NCBI GenBank assembly: GCA_050575255.1
Contig: JBNZDD010013646.1
Coordinates: 2,371,229 to 2,435,228, forward strand
From: Harriotta raleighana
Taxonomy: Eukaryota
Direction: 5' to 3'
DNA: 64,000 bases
Shown: piece by piece, positions 12,767-26,235 of the stretch
Layout: each line of letters starts with the position of its first letter
Position numbering within the stretch: position 1 is the first letter of the stretch
Position numbers and translations under genes: made by a program
The notes under the pieces: model-generated
The model's database searches: none
Told to the model about the DNA's origin: nothing
The model's input: the letters and a program-made list of their open reading frames with translations, nothing else

Positions 12767-15700
12767 ATAAGCAGACAAAATAAACATGTTTCCTTATTTA
12801 TACTACTGCAAAAATCAGTTTTCACCAAATGAATGCTCACATTTTTATGAAAAACATTTTTCCCAAATTTGTTCTAAAAATGAACTGATCATTTTTTTGG
12901 GGAGTGAGGTGAACTGACGCACTGTGAATCAAGAAGACAATATGAGCAGCATTGTTAACAAAGTTCTGAGTGTCTGTGACAACCATAACTTTTTTTGCTA
13001 ACAAATTGTGATGTAAAGATGAAGATAGAACAGTAAACAACAACAACAATAGAACAGTAAGACTGAGAGAGGGACACAAACTCAAACATGGGAAGGATCA
13101 GTGAGAGAGGACAGGCAGAGACAGAGCCTGAGAGAGAAACACCAACTTTGGTAGAAAGATAATCAAGTAGGAAGATATTTGCATTGGTGAAAGGGAGAAA
13201 GAGAGATAGTGTATGGATTAGAAATAGAGAGTCATAGAGAGAAAAATGTTGTAGAGAGAAAAAGCACTGACTCAATGTATTCTTACAACAAAATTACAAT
13301 TGTATAGCACTATTCACGTTGGGAGTACGCCCTAATGTCCTTGATAGAACATTGTTTTGCATTATGTGTACTTTTGCAATATTAAATATGTTCAGCAGCC
13401 AGGCAGCTGTAGAGAAAGAAGCAGGCAGCATCATCTGGCATTCAGACTCTGACAATATAACTGCATGACTGCCACCTTAGATCCACAGTGAATTCAGTCT
13501 CAAGGTTGTCAGCAATTCTCTGTGCTAGACTGTCCACTTCTGAGGCTCCTTCAATGGAATTTCAATAGTCGGAATACAGGAATTGGCAATATTTGTAAAC
13601 ATGAATAAACATTGATGAAACACAAACAATTATAGCCAGAACACCTTGTAAAATGTCTGTAATTCAACACACAGTTACACACAAGAACCACTGATAAAAT
13701 TACAATAAGCTAGAAGGGAACAGTCAAAGGAATGTAAACCTTGCTTCTGTTCAGATGTTCCAAATTAATCTTTTCCCAATATGATGAGGCTTCATTTGAT
13801 CCCTGGATCCCAATGGACTGATTTTTGGTTCCTCACATTCATCTACAAATCCATACATGCCCCAGCCCTCCCCTCCAGCTTCATTCTCCTACTTATCCCT
13901 CTGTATTCCTTGGCACTTGTGTCTCACCATCATTGTCTGAAACTTCAGTCATGGTATGCATATCCACTGAAATTCCTCCATGAATCCCTCCACCAGGTTG
14001 CCACCCTATCTACCTGAAAAGCCCTCTGAAAATGTACATCTTTGACTATTTTTCCAGGCACCTACTTTCTACCAACTTGATGCCTGGCACCATCCTTGTA
14101 AAGTGATTATTTTGTGTATATTCAGTATATTTTGTGAAGCACTGTGAGATCTCCGGAAGATGTGATAGGGCATTTTATTTATTTGTTTATATTTATGATA
14201 TCAAATGCAAGGGCTTGCATTTATAAGGGCTTCAAGAGGTTACTTTAAATGCAAGGCCAACTGTTGAATTTGACTAAAATTGTGAATTGCTCACTAGATT
14301 ATATGTGAGCTGTACATTTACAGTAATCAGAATGAATTATAAGTAATAGGTTTGAGTGAATGAACGGTGACTCTTTGTTCATGCATTTAACCTTGACAGT
14401 CTGGGTTGATTAAAAAAAATAGCATAAATGGCTGTTTGACGTTGGAAATGTCACCACGGGATGTAAAGTACATCTCCCCAGGCAGCCCCATATATGTCAC
14501 ACCACCTTGCAAGAAGTTAGCTCTCAGTCAAGATTAGTTTGGAGTCGAGTTCTGTCAAATCGGCAAATTGTATATTATGTTCCCTGGAGGAGACCTACTT
14601 TATGTTCCAACGCATTTTGCCTGGCTTCATTTATGCTGCCCTTTTCCCAGTGAGCACTTTTTGAACCTCTATTGTTTTTTTCTGACTTTCTGTTAACTCA
14701 ACAAAAAAGAGTCGGCAATAGCAATTACAGCATATAAATCCAAACAAATACAGATCAATCACACAAACTGACAGACCAACTTATCCGTCCAAAAAATTTT
14801 CTCATGCAATTCTACCTCCCAAATAGCAGATTGATAGATTTGATACAATAAAACACCTAGGACAAGGCACCATCAACAAATTTCCTAAGAGACTGAAACA
14901 AGATCACTTTTTTCCCTCCTTCAGACTTGACTGACTAAAATCAGCTTTATTTAGATCCTATTTGTAAATTTTCGCTGAATGTTTACTTAACAGAGACCAA
15001 TTTAAATAAATTGTACACACCAAACATCCGATGCTCGAGTACAAGACCCATGTTAAGTACTACATCTTCAATCATGCTTTGAGACATCTTCTCCTTGGCT
15101 CCCACCTCCAGGTCAGATTCTGAACTAGGACAATGAAGTGCTTTGGGCGAAAGGTGCCATGAAATGCAAACTTGTATTGCATTCTAAGTTACAAATTTAA
15201 AGATTTTATCAACATCAATAAAAATAACTTGCATTTATACGTATAGCACTCTACACGTAAGGTCTGGGAGCGTTTAAACTGTAGTAGGTAATCCCACAGA
15301 AGATACAATGAGAGTCATTCCGCAATACTACATCTCAAGGCATTGATAACTTAAAAATACACATTTGTGTTAACTGCCCAGGTTATGATTAAATTGATGC
15401 TCAGCATCTGCAGTATTTTATATTTGTTTATAGTTAAATTGGTTAAGTCTTACATTGAACAATAAGACAAAGGTGTGTATTGAATACAACTTTCTTATTT
15501 CAAGCAAATTTTATCCATATATTGGAAACAGTATCTCTTTTTAACTAACAGTGCACAGTGTACTGGTAGCACACAAGGTTACCTTCCCAAAATCAAAAAC
15601 AATGACTAAACTAACCATTCCACTATTAGCAAAAGTACAGTCACTGTGAGCTGATCACCTCCAAACGTACAATAAATGCTGAAGAAAAATATGCTAATAA

Positions 15701-18519
15701 GTCAAGTAAAACCATCAGTGATGCTTTATTTGTGCAAATTTGAGATATTTAGTTGAATATAGGAGCAGTTGATCCATCAAGTCAGTTCCCTTCCTAATAT
15801 ACAGTACTCGGAATTTGGTAAGCAGGATATCTCTCCCTCCAGGGACAGAGTTTGTATTCCATTCCAAAAGACATGAATCTCCATGTATAAATGGGATACA
15901 TGGAACTCTCAGTTTAGTTGAGCATGACGATATGTTTCATTATATGTCAAACACCTTGCTGACCAAAACAAAAACCTTCCACCATTTTATTAGTTCATGG
16001 CAGATCCTAAGTGTAATGATTGGTTTCTATTTTTGGCAGATATCCAACTGAAATAAACTAATTTGTCAATTTTTTTTCATAGCTGTTAATATCATCACTT
16101 GTTAAGTATTTATTGATCTCCATATTCAATATTGAATATTTTGGACCCAGATTTCTACTGTTAGTAAAGAGGAAGACATTGAATATTGTACATCCAGATC
16201 ACCAATATGATAAAAAATAGTTTATATCCAGAACAGATCAATTGCCAAATGCTCCTCTTATTTGATTTAAATTTCTTTGATTCTTCAGTAATGCCTTGCT
16301 CAACNTAAAGAGGAAGACATTGAATATTGTACATCCAGATCACCAATATGATAAATAATAGTTTATATCCAGAACAGATCAATTGCCAAATGCTCCTTAT
16401 TTGATTTAAATTTATTTGATTCTTCAGTAATGCCTTGCTCAACAAAAAAAAATTGCCTTTGAACTTAAAAACTCATTATAGCAATCAGAGAGTAAAACTT
16501 CTTTGAATTTAATTATCTATGAACTGGTCAAAAGTTAGGAAGACACACTGTAATGGACCTTAAGAAATGATGAGTTGAGAAAAGATAATTCGGCCCATAA
16601 GGTGATCTTGTCCCTATCATCACAGATTTGAATAGGATTTCGTTACCAAACAGTTACAATTAGAGAAAGGAAATTAGAGTTTTTAAATCACAAATCAATA
16701 AAGGGAAGATTAGTGAAACAGAATCTTTATCCAGACATTGGTTGGGGTATGAAATTCTCTATAACTAACTGTTGCTGAAGCAAAATCCATATCTTATGTT
16801 AAAAGGGGATTAGGTAGATGGTTCAACAAAAAAGGAACAGTAAATGAGATGGGAAGCAACCAGGAGACAGGGATTAGATTAGGGGTCTCATTTGAAAAAA
16901 ATTCACGGAAAACTAAATGGGTAGAAATGTCAATTCATGATGCTGCAGCATTCAATTATCATTTAAAATCTCCTTTCAAAAGTTTCAGTAAACATTCTCG
17001 TAGTTAACACCCCTGTCCACATACAGACACACACAAATAGACACACAGAGAAACAAGTTAAATTCTAGAATGTATATGTACACCCTGCATCATTGATGTA
17101 CAGTACCTTCTGCCTTCCTTGGTATGCAGGCGCTTGGTAATTAGTTCCAGTGGGGAGCTCGCAGGAGGTTAGTCTGAATGGTTTGAGACTCCTGTGGTTC
17201 AATTTCAAGGATTGGACATTATCCAATTCACAGAATTTAGTCACCTATTTCTTACAAAACTATCTGCATCCTAGTTGCAGGTTCTCCTGAGGGCCTTAAT
17301 GATCCAGGATACACCAGGACTGATTGATGGAAGAGAATATGACATATTCTGAAACACTCCAAAATGATGTTATAAGGGCTCTCAGATAGTTGAGGCTGAC
17401 TGTTGACTGATCTGGAGCACTTAAACTCTTGACCTCACACCTTCTCAAAGCCTAAATTCTCATCTTCCCTCTGGGTGTGATGAATTAGGATCAATTTAGG
17501 ATCAATTATCCATGGAAATCAGAGAGCTCTGGGCCCCATTTCTGTTTCCACTCTGTACATTGTTATTTTCACTCAAGTGGTTATGAGAATATAGGATGAC
17601 CAAACAGTAGTGACCCCATTACATGTCTAATAAGTTTTAAAGAAACAATGATTTATTTTTAGCTAATCGGGTAGATATCACAACTTTTTGGTCATCCTGT
17701 ATGATGTGTGTAGTTTTCTTTTGTTATACTGATAGACTCCTGCACCTTGGGATGTTCTCCCAATGTGAAAGGCACTATACAAATATAATTTGTTGTTGTT
17801 GTGGTTGTATTGTTTTATAGGTAGAATTAGCAATTTTAATTGCTGGCTGCATGTGATTTAGTATCAAAGTTGCACCTAAAATAGAGGCAAGTTGCCTCGA
17901 TGCCCCTATTTTAGGTGCTGTTGTTCAATGTTTTTATGAATTAAAAATCATTGAGAAATGTAATTTTGGAAGTTTAGAAATGTGTTAATGACACATTTGT
18001 TATTAAGATATTTGATATTAACTATCCGTAATTATGGAAGTTTAAAAATGTGATGATCACTCATTTCTCGTTGAAAAATCAAGCAAAAAATAGAACAAAC
18101 ATGACCCGAATTTCTCATTATAAGGAAGCGACAACCATCATATTCCACACTTAACCTTAAAATCTTCTATCTTGTTACTAATCCGATAATTATCCAGGTC
18201 TTTTAATGGGTGCGAATTGATACATCATAATTTCTTTCTCTGCTAATTTATTCAGTATCCCTTGCTCTGTGGCAATAACCTCTTTTAATCCAACCTCTTT
18301 TTGAAGCTTGTTAATTTTATACGCGTGTTTAATTCTCTTTTTCTCTCTCTAGCCCTCCAGCATAAACTCTTGGATCTATCAAATAGTTCATTTTTATAAT
18401 AAGATTTTTGATCATCTTGGTTTGTAAATCCTTAGGATTATAGCAATGTGTAGCCATGCATATTGTTATACATAAATGCCTTGGGCAACAGATCACATTC
18501 CCACATCAAGGACATTCCT

Positions 18520-18800
18520 ACATTTTAGGCTCAACAAACAGTTAAGGGGAGATTAGAAGGAATATTTTTTATACAGAAAGTTTTTAGGATAAGGAATGCC
18601 CAACTTTGTGCAGTTTTTAAGGTGGGATCCACATTAGCTTCCAAGAGGTAACTAGATGGGTATCTGGAAAAGAATCATTTGCAAGGACATAGAGAAAAGA
18701 GGGCTAATTGGGACTGAATGTATTGCTTTTTCAAAAGGGCCGGCACAGATTTGATGGCTTAAATGGCTATGTTTTATGTTGTAAATTACGATGGTTCTAT
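18520..18800 (+). mobile_element. CR1 3' end, decayed
   Basis: Contains GGGGAGATTAGAAGGAATATTTTTATACAGA...GCCGGCACAGATTTGATGGCTTAAATGG...GATGGTTCTATG, similar to 55670-55948. Confidence 0.75.
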
Positions 18801-19023
18801 GGACCTCTTGTGATGTGGTTAACACATGTTTTTTTGTGTGGTAGTACCGATTTCCTGCCTGATATGTCTCAACCAGCAAAAGAATATCTGCGAAGTTCAC
18901 AGGTGCAAATCCTAGTCAATGGATGACTGTTTCATCTGAAAAGCTAGATATAGAAACACCTTCCCCTTCATCACCCCCATAGAGTTCTGTTCTGTAACAC
19001 TCTATGTATAATTCTATGTCATT

Positions 19024-19343
19024 GAGACCTGTAGCTCAGTGTTTAGAGCACTCACTTTACAAGCATGAGACCTGTGTTTTGAATCCACATGCCTAATAAT
19101 AATCCGTCAAAAAAAATCTATAATAAATTGGTCATTTCAATCTATACCTGTTTGTGGGACACTGCTGTGCACAATTGGCTGCTGGTTTTGCCGACAAATA
19201 TACAGTCAATTCACTTTACAGTATATTCTGTGAAGTGCTTTGAGACAAGTGCTATATCAAATGCAAGGATTATTAGTACAGTATTGGGATGTCCTCCCGA
19301 CGTGAAAGGCGCTATACAAGTATAATTTTGTGGTTGTTGTTGT
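19024..19343 (+). mobile_element. tRNA/Deu SINE (internally deleted) followed by a solo L2 tail
   Basis: Head CCTGTAGCTCAGTGTTTAGAGC and SINE tail to about 19275, then TTGGGATGTCCTCCCGACGTGAAAGGCGCTATACAAG...(TTG)n. A further SINE head starts at about 19357. Confidence 0.85.
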
Positions 19344-20232
19344 CGCAATATTCGGGGGAGTCCTGTAGCTGAGCCTTGCAAGTGAGAGGACCTGGGTTTG
19401 ATTCCTGGGTAGGGTACATTTCAGCTCGCATTGACATGTATCTCTACTACATTTGGCATTTTGGCTGCTTTGTTTTTCCACAGAAGAAAAGCAAAATGTC
19501 CATTTTGATTAGTCCTATGATTGGAGCGAAATTAATTTTACAATGAACACCTTCAGAAATAAATTAGTGTGCCTGATGGCTGTAGAGTTTGTAAAGTTTT
19601 CTTTGGCATGTTAATTTGTTTATGAACCGTAAACAACTCAATAAGGATTTTATTTCAGAAGTAAAAAGAAGTTATTATCTGATCAGCTAAAGCTGTGTTC
19701 AAATAAAGCAAAAATACCATCAGATCTCACAAAATATATATAATTTCTTGATTGTCTGTTTTGGCACCTAGAACCATAGAAATGTACAGTTCAGAATGAC
19801 CTGTCCCTATGACTTACAGAAATTCATTTAATTCCTATTGAGTTACTCCTGTTCAAATATTTAGCTAATTAAAACGCAGTATAGATCCTGCTTCAACCAT
19901 GCTTCAACATAGAACATTTCATGCCCTAATAACCTTCTGGGTAAAAAAAAATCTCCTTATGTCTCTTATTATTCTTCTGTTAATTACCTTTGATCTATGT
20001 CTCCTGTGGGTTCAGAATCACTGACCAATGCAAATAATATTTCTCAATGTAATAGTCTTGATAGGATTGTGTCAATTAAAGCCACCATAGAACAGAAAAT
20101 GTAGTGAGCCCCATCACTTTATGAACGGGTAACAGAAGGGGTCCAACTTGATTCATTGTTTGAGGAAAACTCATTCAATGTTAGCATCCAAAGTGCTTGA
20201 CTCATATTTGAATTCAAGATGGATTTATATGA

Positions 20233-20605
20233 AATAATAATAATAATAATCCTGGCATTTGATATAGCACATTGTCACATCTACGAGACATCTCAAAGAG
20301 CTTCACAGAATATTTATATTTGACTGTATATTTTGTGGATGAAACGCCAATTGCACACAGTAATGTCCCACAAGCAATGCTAGATTGAGTCACTAAATAT
20401 TTTGTAGTTATTCTTTTGAAGGGTTTATTACCCCCAAAGAAGTGATCCTCCAATAGACTAACAACCGGGATCCTATTTAGGTGAACAGGGGATAGGATAA
20501 CAGAGGTGTGTGGAGTAAGGAAATTTACCCAACATTTCACCCTGCTGGGAATCAAACCCAGGTCCTTTCACTTGTGAGGCGAGTGCTCACAATTTATAGG
20601 ACTTC
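20233..20605 (-). mobile_element. tRNA-derived SINE, long form with an extra central segment
   Basis: Head and tail are the same as the short form, plus an insert of about 80 bp (ACACACCTCTG...AAATAGGATCCCGGTTGTTAGTC) shared with 63804-64000. Confidence 0.8.
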
Positions 20606-20669
20606 AATGTCTAATCTTTCATATTAGGGAAAATAGCATGAATAATGACAATTCTTTTAAGATTTCCTT

Positions 20670-21107
20670 TTTTTCACCTCCAATTATTTTCTGGGGAACT
20701 CATTTTTGCTAAGATATATTTCCATGGGTACCAGTTAACTTCCGGTATCTTAGATACCTATGATCATGCAACCAGACAGTCAGCATCAACAAGCTAGTAT
20801 ATTACAACAACAACAACTTTGATTTATGGCACCCTCCACGCCGGATAGCACCTCAGAGAGCTTCACAATAGCGGATCCCGGCTCAGCCTGATCCTATACT
20901 CATCCCCATCCATATGCATGAATAGTTATTAATTCTGTGATGAAAACCACAGGTGAATTCCTCCCTCTATATCTAAGGAGACATGAATCCAATTGTCATG
21001 ACGCAACTGTTTGTCTTGCTAACTCAGTGGAATCTGTGGCTGAAATGAAAGGTTTTCAATGTGTTTGGCTCAGTTGCACAATGGGCAGTGAATTTACCTG
21101 CTGAGCC
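20670..21107 (-). mobile_element. Ancient AmnSINE2-like SINE relic interrupted by a solo L2 tail (about 20805-20868)
   Basis: The reverse complement begins GGCTCAGCAGGTAAATTCACTG...ACTGAGCCA...CTGAGTTAGC and is collinear with the recalled AmnSINE2 consensus. Confidence 0.55.
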
Positions 21108-22159
21108 TTTTGATTTATTTTAAATCAAATCAAGTGAAAGCTGATCATTATTTGTCCCCGTAGCTCTATCTGGCAGTGACAAAAGGTGCCAATCAACCAA
21201 AATAACAATGGAAAACTGAAGCTAGGACACATAATTTGACTTTGGAGCTTGTCTAAAGAGACATTCTATCCCTTCCATGCTGCTGTTCTCCTTGTAATTA
21301 ACTGAAGATACGCCGTTAGGAAGTGATCCCAATTGACCCACTTTAGGACACTTAAAAAAAAGTCCAGATGTGACCTAATAGCCTAAGGCTGGACATGTTA
21401 TCTCACAATTTACCTCCCTAGCCACTTAACTAACATTTAAATTTTCTATTAACTACGGATAATGCTACGCATTTTTCAGCTAATAGATTTTGACTCCACT
21501 CTAGTTAAGATTTACAATGTTTACTCTTTCCTTCCTCTATCCATTGATTATAATGCACTGCTTATGTATTCCTGGGATGTAGAAGTGTTCAGCCTGTGGC
21601 GTGTTAGTAAAATTCCAGCTGGCATCCTTAAACATACTGCTCAATAAACTGAAACAGGAAATATTACACTTTTAGAGGAGGTATTTACGCAAGACATCCC
21701 AGTTTAACTTCAAAGCGCTGCAACGTTTTCTTGCCCAAAGGTGGTGACAGATATGCATAAGAGGAAAGAATGTACTGATTTTACATCAAATTACAGTTAC
21801 AAACTTGGGTTCTTCGCAGATGAAATTTAAGAGTCTATCGGTTGCTTTCATATTGGCATTGAGGTTTTACCAAATATAATCATCTTCTTATGACCACTAG
21901 TAAGTAGAATTTCCTTCACAGTTGAAGGCATCCAATTCTACTGTGCCCGAACCAGTGAAGCCATGGAATTAGGTTCTCTAATCCATCAAATACATTTACT
22001 GCAAACAGAGAATCATCCTAAAGATTGGCAAGAAATGTTCACGTATAATTTTCTCCAATGGAAAGTTGGCAAATGTTTTACAGCTCTGAATGCATCCTCA
22101 GCCATTTAATTGCTAGAGATCTAACTCACAATATTAGATCACCAGAGGTCTGATGCATA

Positions 22160-22341
22160 TTGGTTGATTGGATGGGTTGTTTGAGGAAGATGGATAGTTA
22201 TTTGGGGAGGACAGGTTTGCGGAGTTATGGGGAGAGAGCCTGGGAGTGGGATTGACTTTGAGTAGCTCTTTTCAAAGAGCCGGCACAGACTCGATGAGCT
22301 GAATGGCCTCTTTTTGTACTGAAAAATTCTATGATTCCATG
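22160..22341 (+). mobile_element. CR1 3' UTR
   Basis: Contains AGCTCTTTTCAAAGAGCCGGCACAGACTCGATGAGCTGAATGGCCTC...ATTCTATGATTCCATG. Confidence 0.8.
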
Positions 22342-23796
22342 CTATTCAGTACTGAATCCAATGCAGCCAGATACAACTATATAGAATAAACAGTCATGTA
22401 ATGAACCATGAGTTGGTGACCATCCACATGTAAGATCTTTCATTTGTAAGCACAGACCTACTGAACGTAATTGCATGTTAGCCTTGAGTTCAAGTGTTAG
22501 ATTCATTGTGCATCCCTTTTTGTCCACAGCAGGGCATTCGATCAAATCTCAGACCTTGGGGAAGGCTGTATGGTGTAGAATTTATAAAGTCTCTGCAATT
22601 ATTGATCTTCTGTGGAAATATTTGATCCAGTAAAGCCTCTGGAAGGTCACATCTTGAATGTGGGTGAAAATAAGTCTGTGAAAAATAATTCTTCTTTGTT
22701 TTTATTTTGTATGGAAATTCAGTGCAAATGTGGTCTTTCTCACCAGCCAAAGCCAGAGCTTTTCCAACTTTATAACTGACATTACGAATAGATTAAAAAC
22801 TGGGAACTTACAACTACATCAAACAGAGGTGGGGTTTCCAGATATGGACAGGCACATATTCAAGTTTTGAGATCTTTTGGAAATCTGATTACTGTCTGCT
22901 TTCACACCCAGGTGGTCAGGAGTGGGAATCTGACCTCTGAGACAGTTCCCAACTTTTAATGGTCGGATTTGTGGGACGCAGCTTAAAATTCGAGAAAACG
23001 TCAGTGTGAACAATGTAAAAGAAAATCTACTGAACATTGCTTCCATTATCTTTATTCTAACATCACTCTTCCACCTTTGGCCAGCTTTATATCCCGTACC
23101 CCTCCACCATCAATAACTTGCAACAATTTTGCCATCGCTGTCTGGAAGTCACTTCCAAGATTCCTCTGCCTTGCTCCTTCCCTCTCTGCTTTCAAAACTG
23201 TCTACCTACCACCCAGCTCGAACACCTATTGTTGAGTCCTCATAGACTATCATAAAACCACAAGAATAAAGGTCAAGTGATTTCTGCACATCAGGAGACA
23301 TCCAAAATTGAATTAAACCATTTAACTCAACAGGAGCTGTTCATTATTCTAAATGTGCAGAGAGCATTTCTTTTCCATGTTAATCTTTCACTCCTCATTG
23401 TCACACAGGAAGCATACTGAGCTCAGTTCTGAGGTGGAAACTGACTGACACAGATGAAAGACTAATGATGCCAGCTGTGACATTCAACCACAAGGTACAA
23501 GGCACCATATGGTGGGTGCTGCAGTATTCCAAGCTTCTTTTCAGCAAGAAGTCACAAATTGAAAAAAAAAAATTTGCAGAAAAGAATTCTTTAAAATCTG
23601 TAACTCAAACTTAAGTTTCAGCAATTTGTTTGCAACCAAACAATATACAGAATGTTGAGAATATAGAGAAATTCTACTTGTGTCTAGATTTACTCTATTT
23701 TACTTCATGTTTCGGCGTCACCATTAGGTTAGAAGGATAGAGATTGTAGATGGATACTAGCATATCCACAACAGGCCTTTATCATCCGAACACCCA

Positions 23797-23970
23797 TTTA
23801 TAATAGTAATCCATGCATTTGTTATAGCGCTTTTCACGGCTTCTAGATGTCCCAAAGAGCTTCACAACATGAATTTACTGTATATTTGTGGGCGAAGCGC
23901 AGCAGCCAATTGCGCACAGAGGTGTCCCACAAACATTCACAAACAGTGACCAAGTTAGTATTCTTGTTTT
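23797..23970 (-). mobile_element. tRNA/Deu SINE 3' half
   Basis: Contains GTGGGCGAAGCGCAGCAGCCAATTGCGCACAG plus the tail. Similar 3' fragments occur at about 5093-5150, 25790-25875, 34096-34190 and 39153-39330. Confidence 0.8.
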
Positions 23971-25937
23971 TTTGGGTCATACTGTCAATGTGATTGCTTT
24001 AGACTCCCTGTCAAGTTGCAGTTTTAACATGTTTTTTTTTCTCTCTCCCTCTCTCACTTTGTGATATAGATGTACTTGATGAATGTTTTCTTTCGGAGGG
24101 GCCAAACTCACTCATTTCCTGAGATAATCTGTGAAAGTTCCGCTCAATTGCTACCTTGTAATTAATTAATTACAATTACCCTTGTAACCTTATCATGTGC
24201 CCAATGGCAAACACACACACTGCGTGAACAGCATTTCTCCCGGGGAATCTCCTCTATAGATTATGGTGTTTCGTCTTAGACTTGTGGCTCAAGGCTCAAA
24301 ATCCTATGTGCAGTGCAGGAGACTCACTGGAGAAAATGCTGTTTAATTGCCGTTAGAAATTGCTAAACTGGCTCCAAGGTGACCTGCTTGGCAAGGGACT
24401 GTCGGAATTCAGCTAAAGCTCTGTAACGGTCTCAGTAGTCCAGTTCCTGAGCAATGTGAGTCTACAGTACTCCAGGGCTCTGCTGATGACTGCTTACCCA
24501 GCCGGGCTCATCAGCAGGATTTGGATGGGCAAACCATGGCCTTGACCATGATTCTCAGAGAGGCAATGACCTTGAGTTTGAATTGGATCATAGTAATGCT
24601 CCTTGATACAAGGAAAAGTGTAAATCTTGTTGAAACAAAACAAAAAAAGTGAAGTTACAAACCGTTGAAATGATCTTCTCAATTCTCCCCCAACATCTGT
24701 GATACAAAGTAAGATAGGCCACCAGACTTATGCACAAACCACCACTTATTCATCTACATTATACTAATCTATATTGTGTTGGATATATATTGACAATCTA
24801 GCACAATGCATATACAAAATATTCTCCAGTTCGACCCATGGCTACTGTAATGTAGTTGTAATTTTAAAGTACTTTATCGGAATGAAACTTTGCAAAAGTA
24901 TTTCGCAGTAATCATGGTCAAATTAGTGCTTTTGTAGAAAAGTAAGACCTGCCAGATTTATAAAGAGAATTATTAATAGAGACTATATGAGAAAGTTTAC
25001 TCACTTTGAATAGTGCAATGGAATCTTTACCTCTACATGAAGAAGCATTGGTTTGAAACTTCATTCAAGAAACATAAAATAGAATTTTTTTAAAATAAAT
25101 CTATCCAATTGTGGACCCTGATCACATATTTAATCTCCTTATCATTTCTCTCTGACCCCCAAAGTTAATCAAGTGAAACTCCAGCATATTTTTCTATCCC
25201 CATATCTTCTCCATTCTTTCTTGATGGTTCATTTCTATGATGACATTTCACGAGTCCCAATAGCACAGTAATCATTGTCAGTGGTGGAGTATTTAATTAT
25301 TTCCATCCATACTCATTTTGAGAGTGCTCAGTCTATTTCCTAACCACATATTTAACCAGCTAATTTTTAAAAGAGTTTATCAGCACCTTAACTGCATTTG
25401 CCTGAGAGTCTGTTTCATAATTCCATCACTCTGTAAAAAGAAACACTTCTAATAGCTTGTCTTGCTCGAGGGATTTAATTCTGTACCGTGTTTTGTGCAT
25501 AATATATTGATAAGGGAATACAGAAGCAAATTTAAGGGGAACTTCTTCATGCAGAGGGTAGTGAGAATGTGGAACTCACTACCCAAAGCAGTGGTTGATA
25601 CAGGTACTATAAATGCATTTAAGTGAAGCTAGATATACACAGGAGGGAGATGTGAGAACAGAATAAGATGGTGGATACTCATGTCAAGTATGTGGGGTAT
25701 AAATGGACTGGTTGGGCCAAGTGTCTGGTTTCCAACCTGTGCATGTAAATCTATGCAAATCTATTTCTATGCTACACATTCTCTGTTTGGCCACAAAATA
25801 AAAATTCAATTCACTTTACAGTAGATGTGATGACATGATTAGGTACTATATCAAATGCAAGAATTAATATTATTTTATCGCTTAACCATTCAGATAGTAT
25901 TTTTGAAAAAAATAAAATATTTGACATCTTCACTCGT

Positions 25938-26235
25938 ATCCTTGCATTGTTTTGTAATAGCGCTTTCCACATGTTCTAAACATCTCAAAGCGCTTCACAG
26001 AATATGTTGTAAAGCGAATTGAGTGTATATTGTGTGGGTGAAACGTGGCAGCCAAAGGCGCACAGCAGCGTCCCACTAACAGTCGTGGATTGAAATTACC
26101 CATTTATTATTGTTTCATTTGAGGGGTTATTATTAGATGTCTGGAGTAAGGAAACTTGCCCAAGGTTTTGCCTTGCCTAGAATTGAGGTCTTTTGCTTGT
26201 AAGGCGAGTGCTTAACCATTGAGCTACAGGACGCC
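25938..26235 (-). mobile_element. Full-length tRNA/Deu SINE (short form)
   Basis: Head GGCGTCCTGTAGCTCAATGGTTAAGCACTCGCCTTACAAGC on the minus strand, with body and tail as in the other copies. Confidence 0.9.

Noticed and set aside
13040-13270. Hydrophobic ORFs 12837-13085 and 12955-13275 as membrane proteins
   Set aside because: They arise from the complement of an AG-rich low-complexity tract, with no codon or splice support.
16165-16444. About 140-bp tandem repeat
   Set aside because: It is joined by a single N (16305) and looks like an assembly overlap. The same applies to the duplications around the Ns at 2357, 48210 and 48561.
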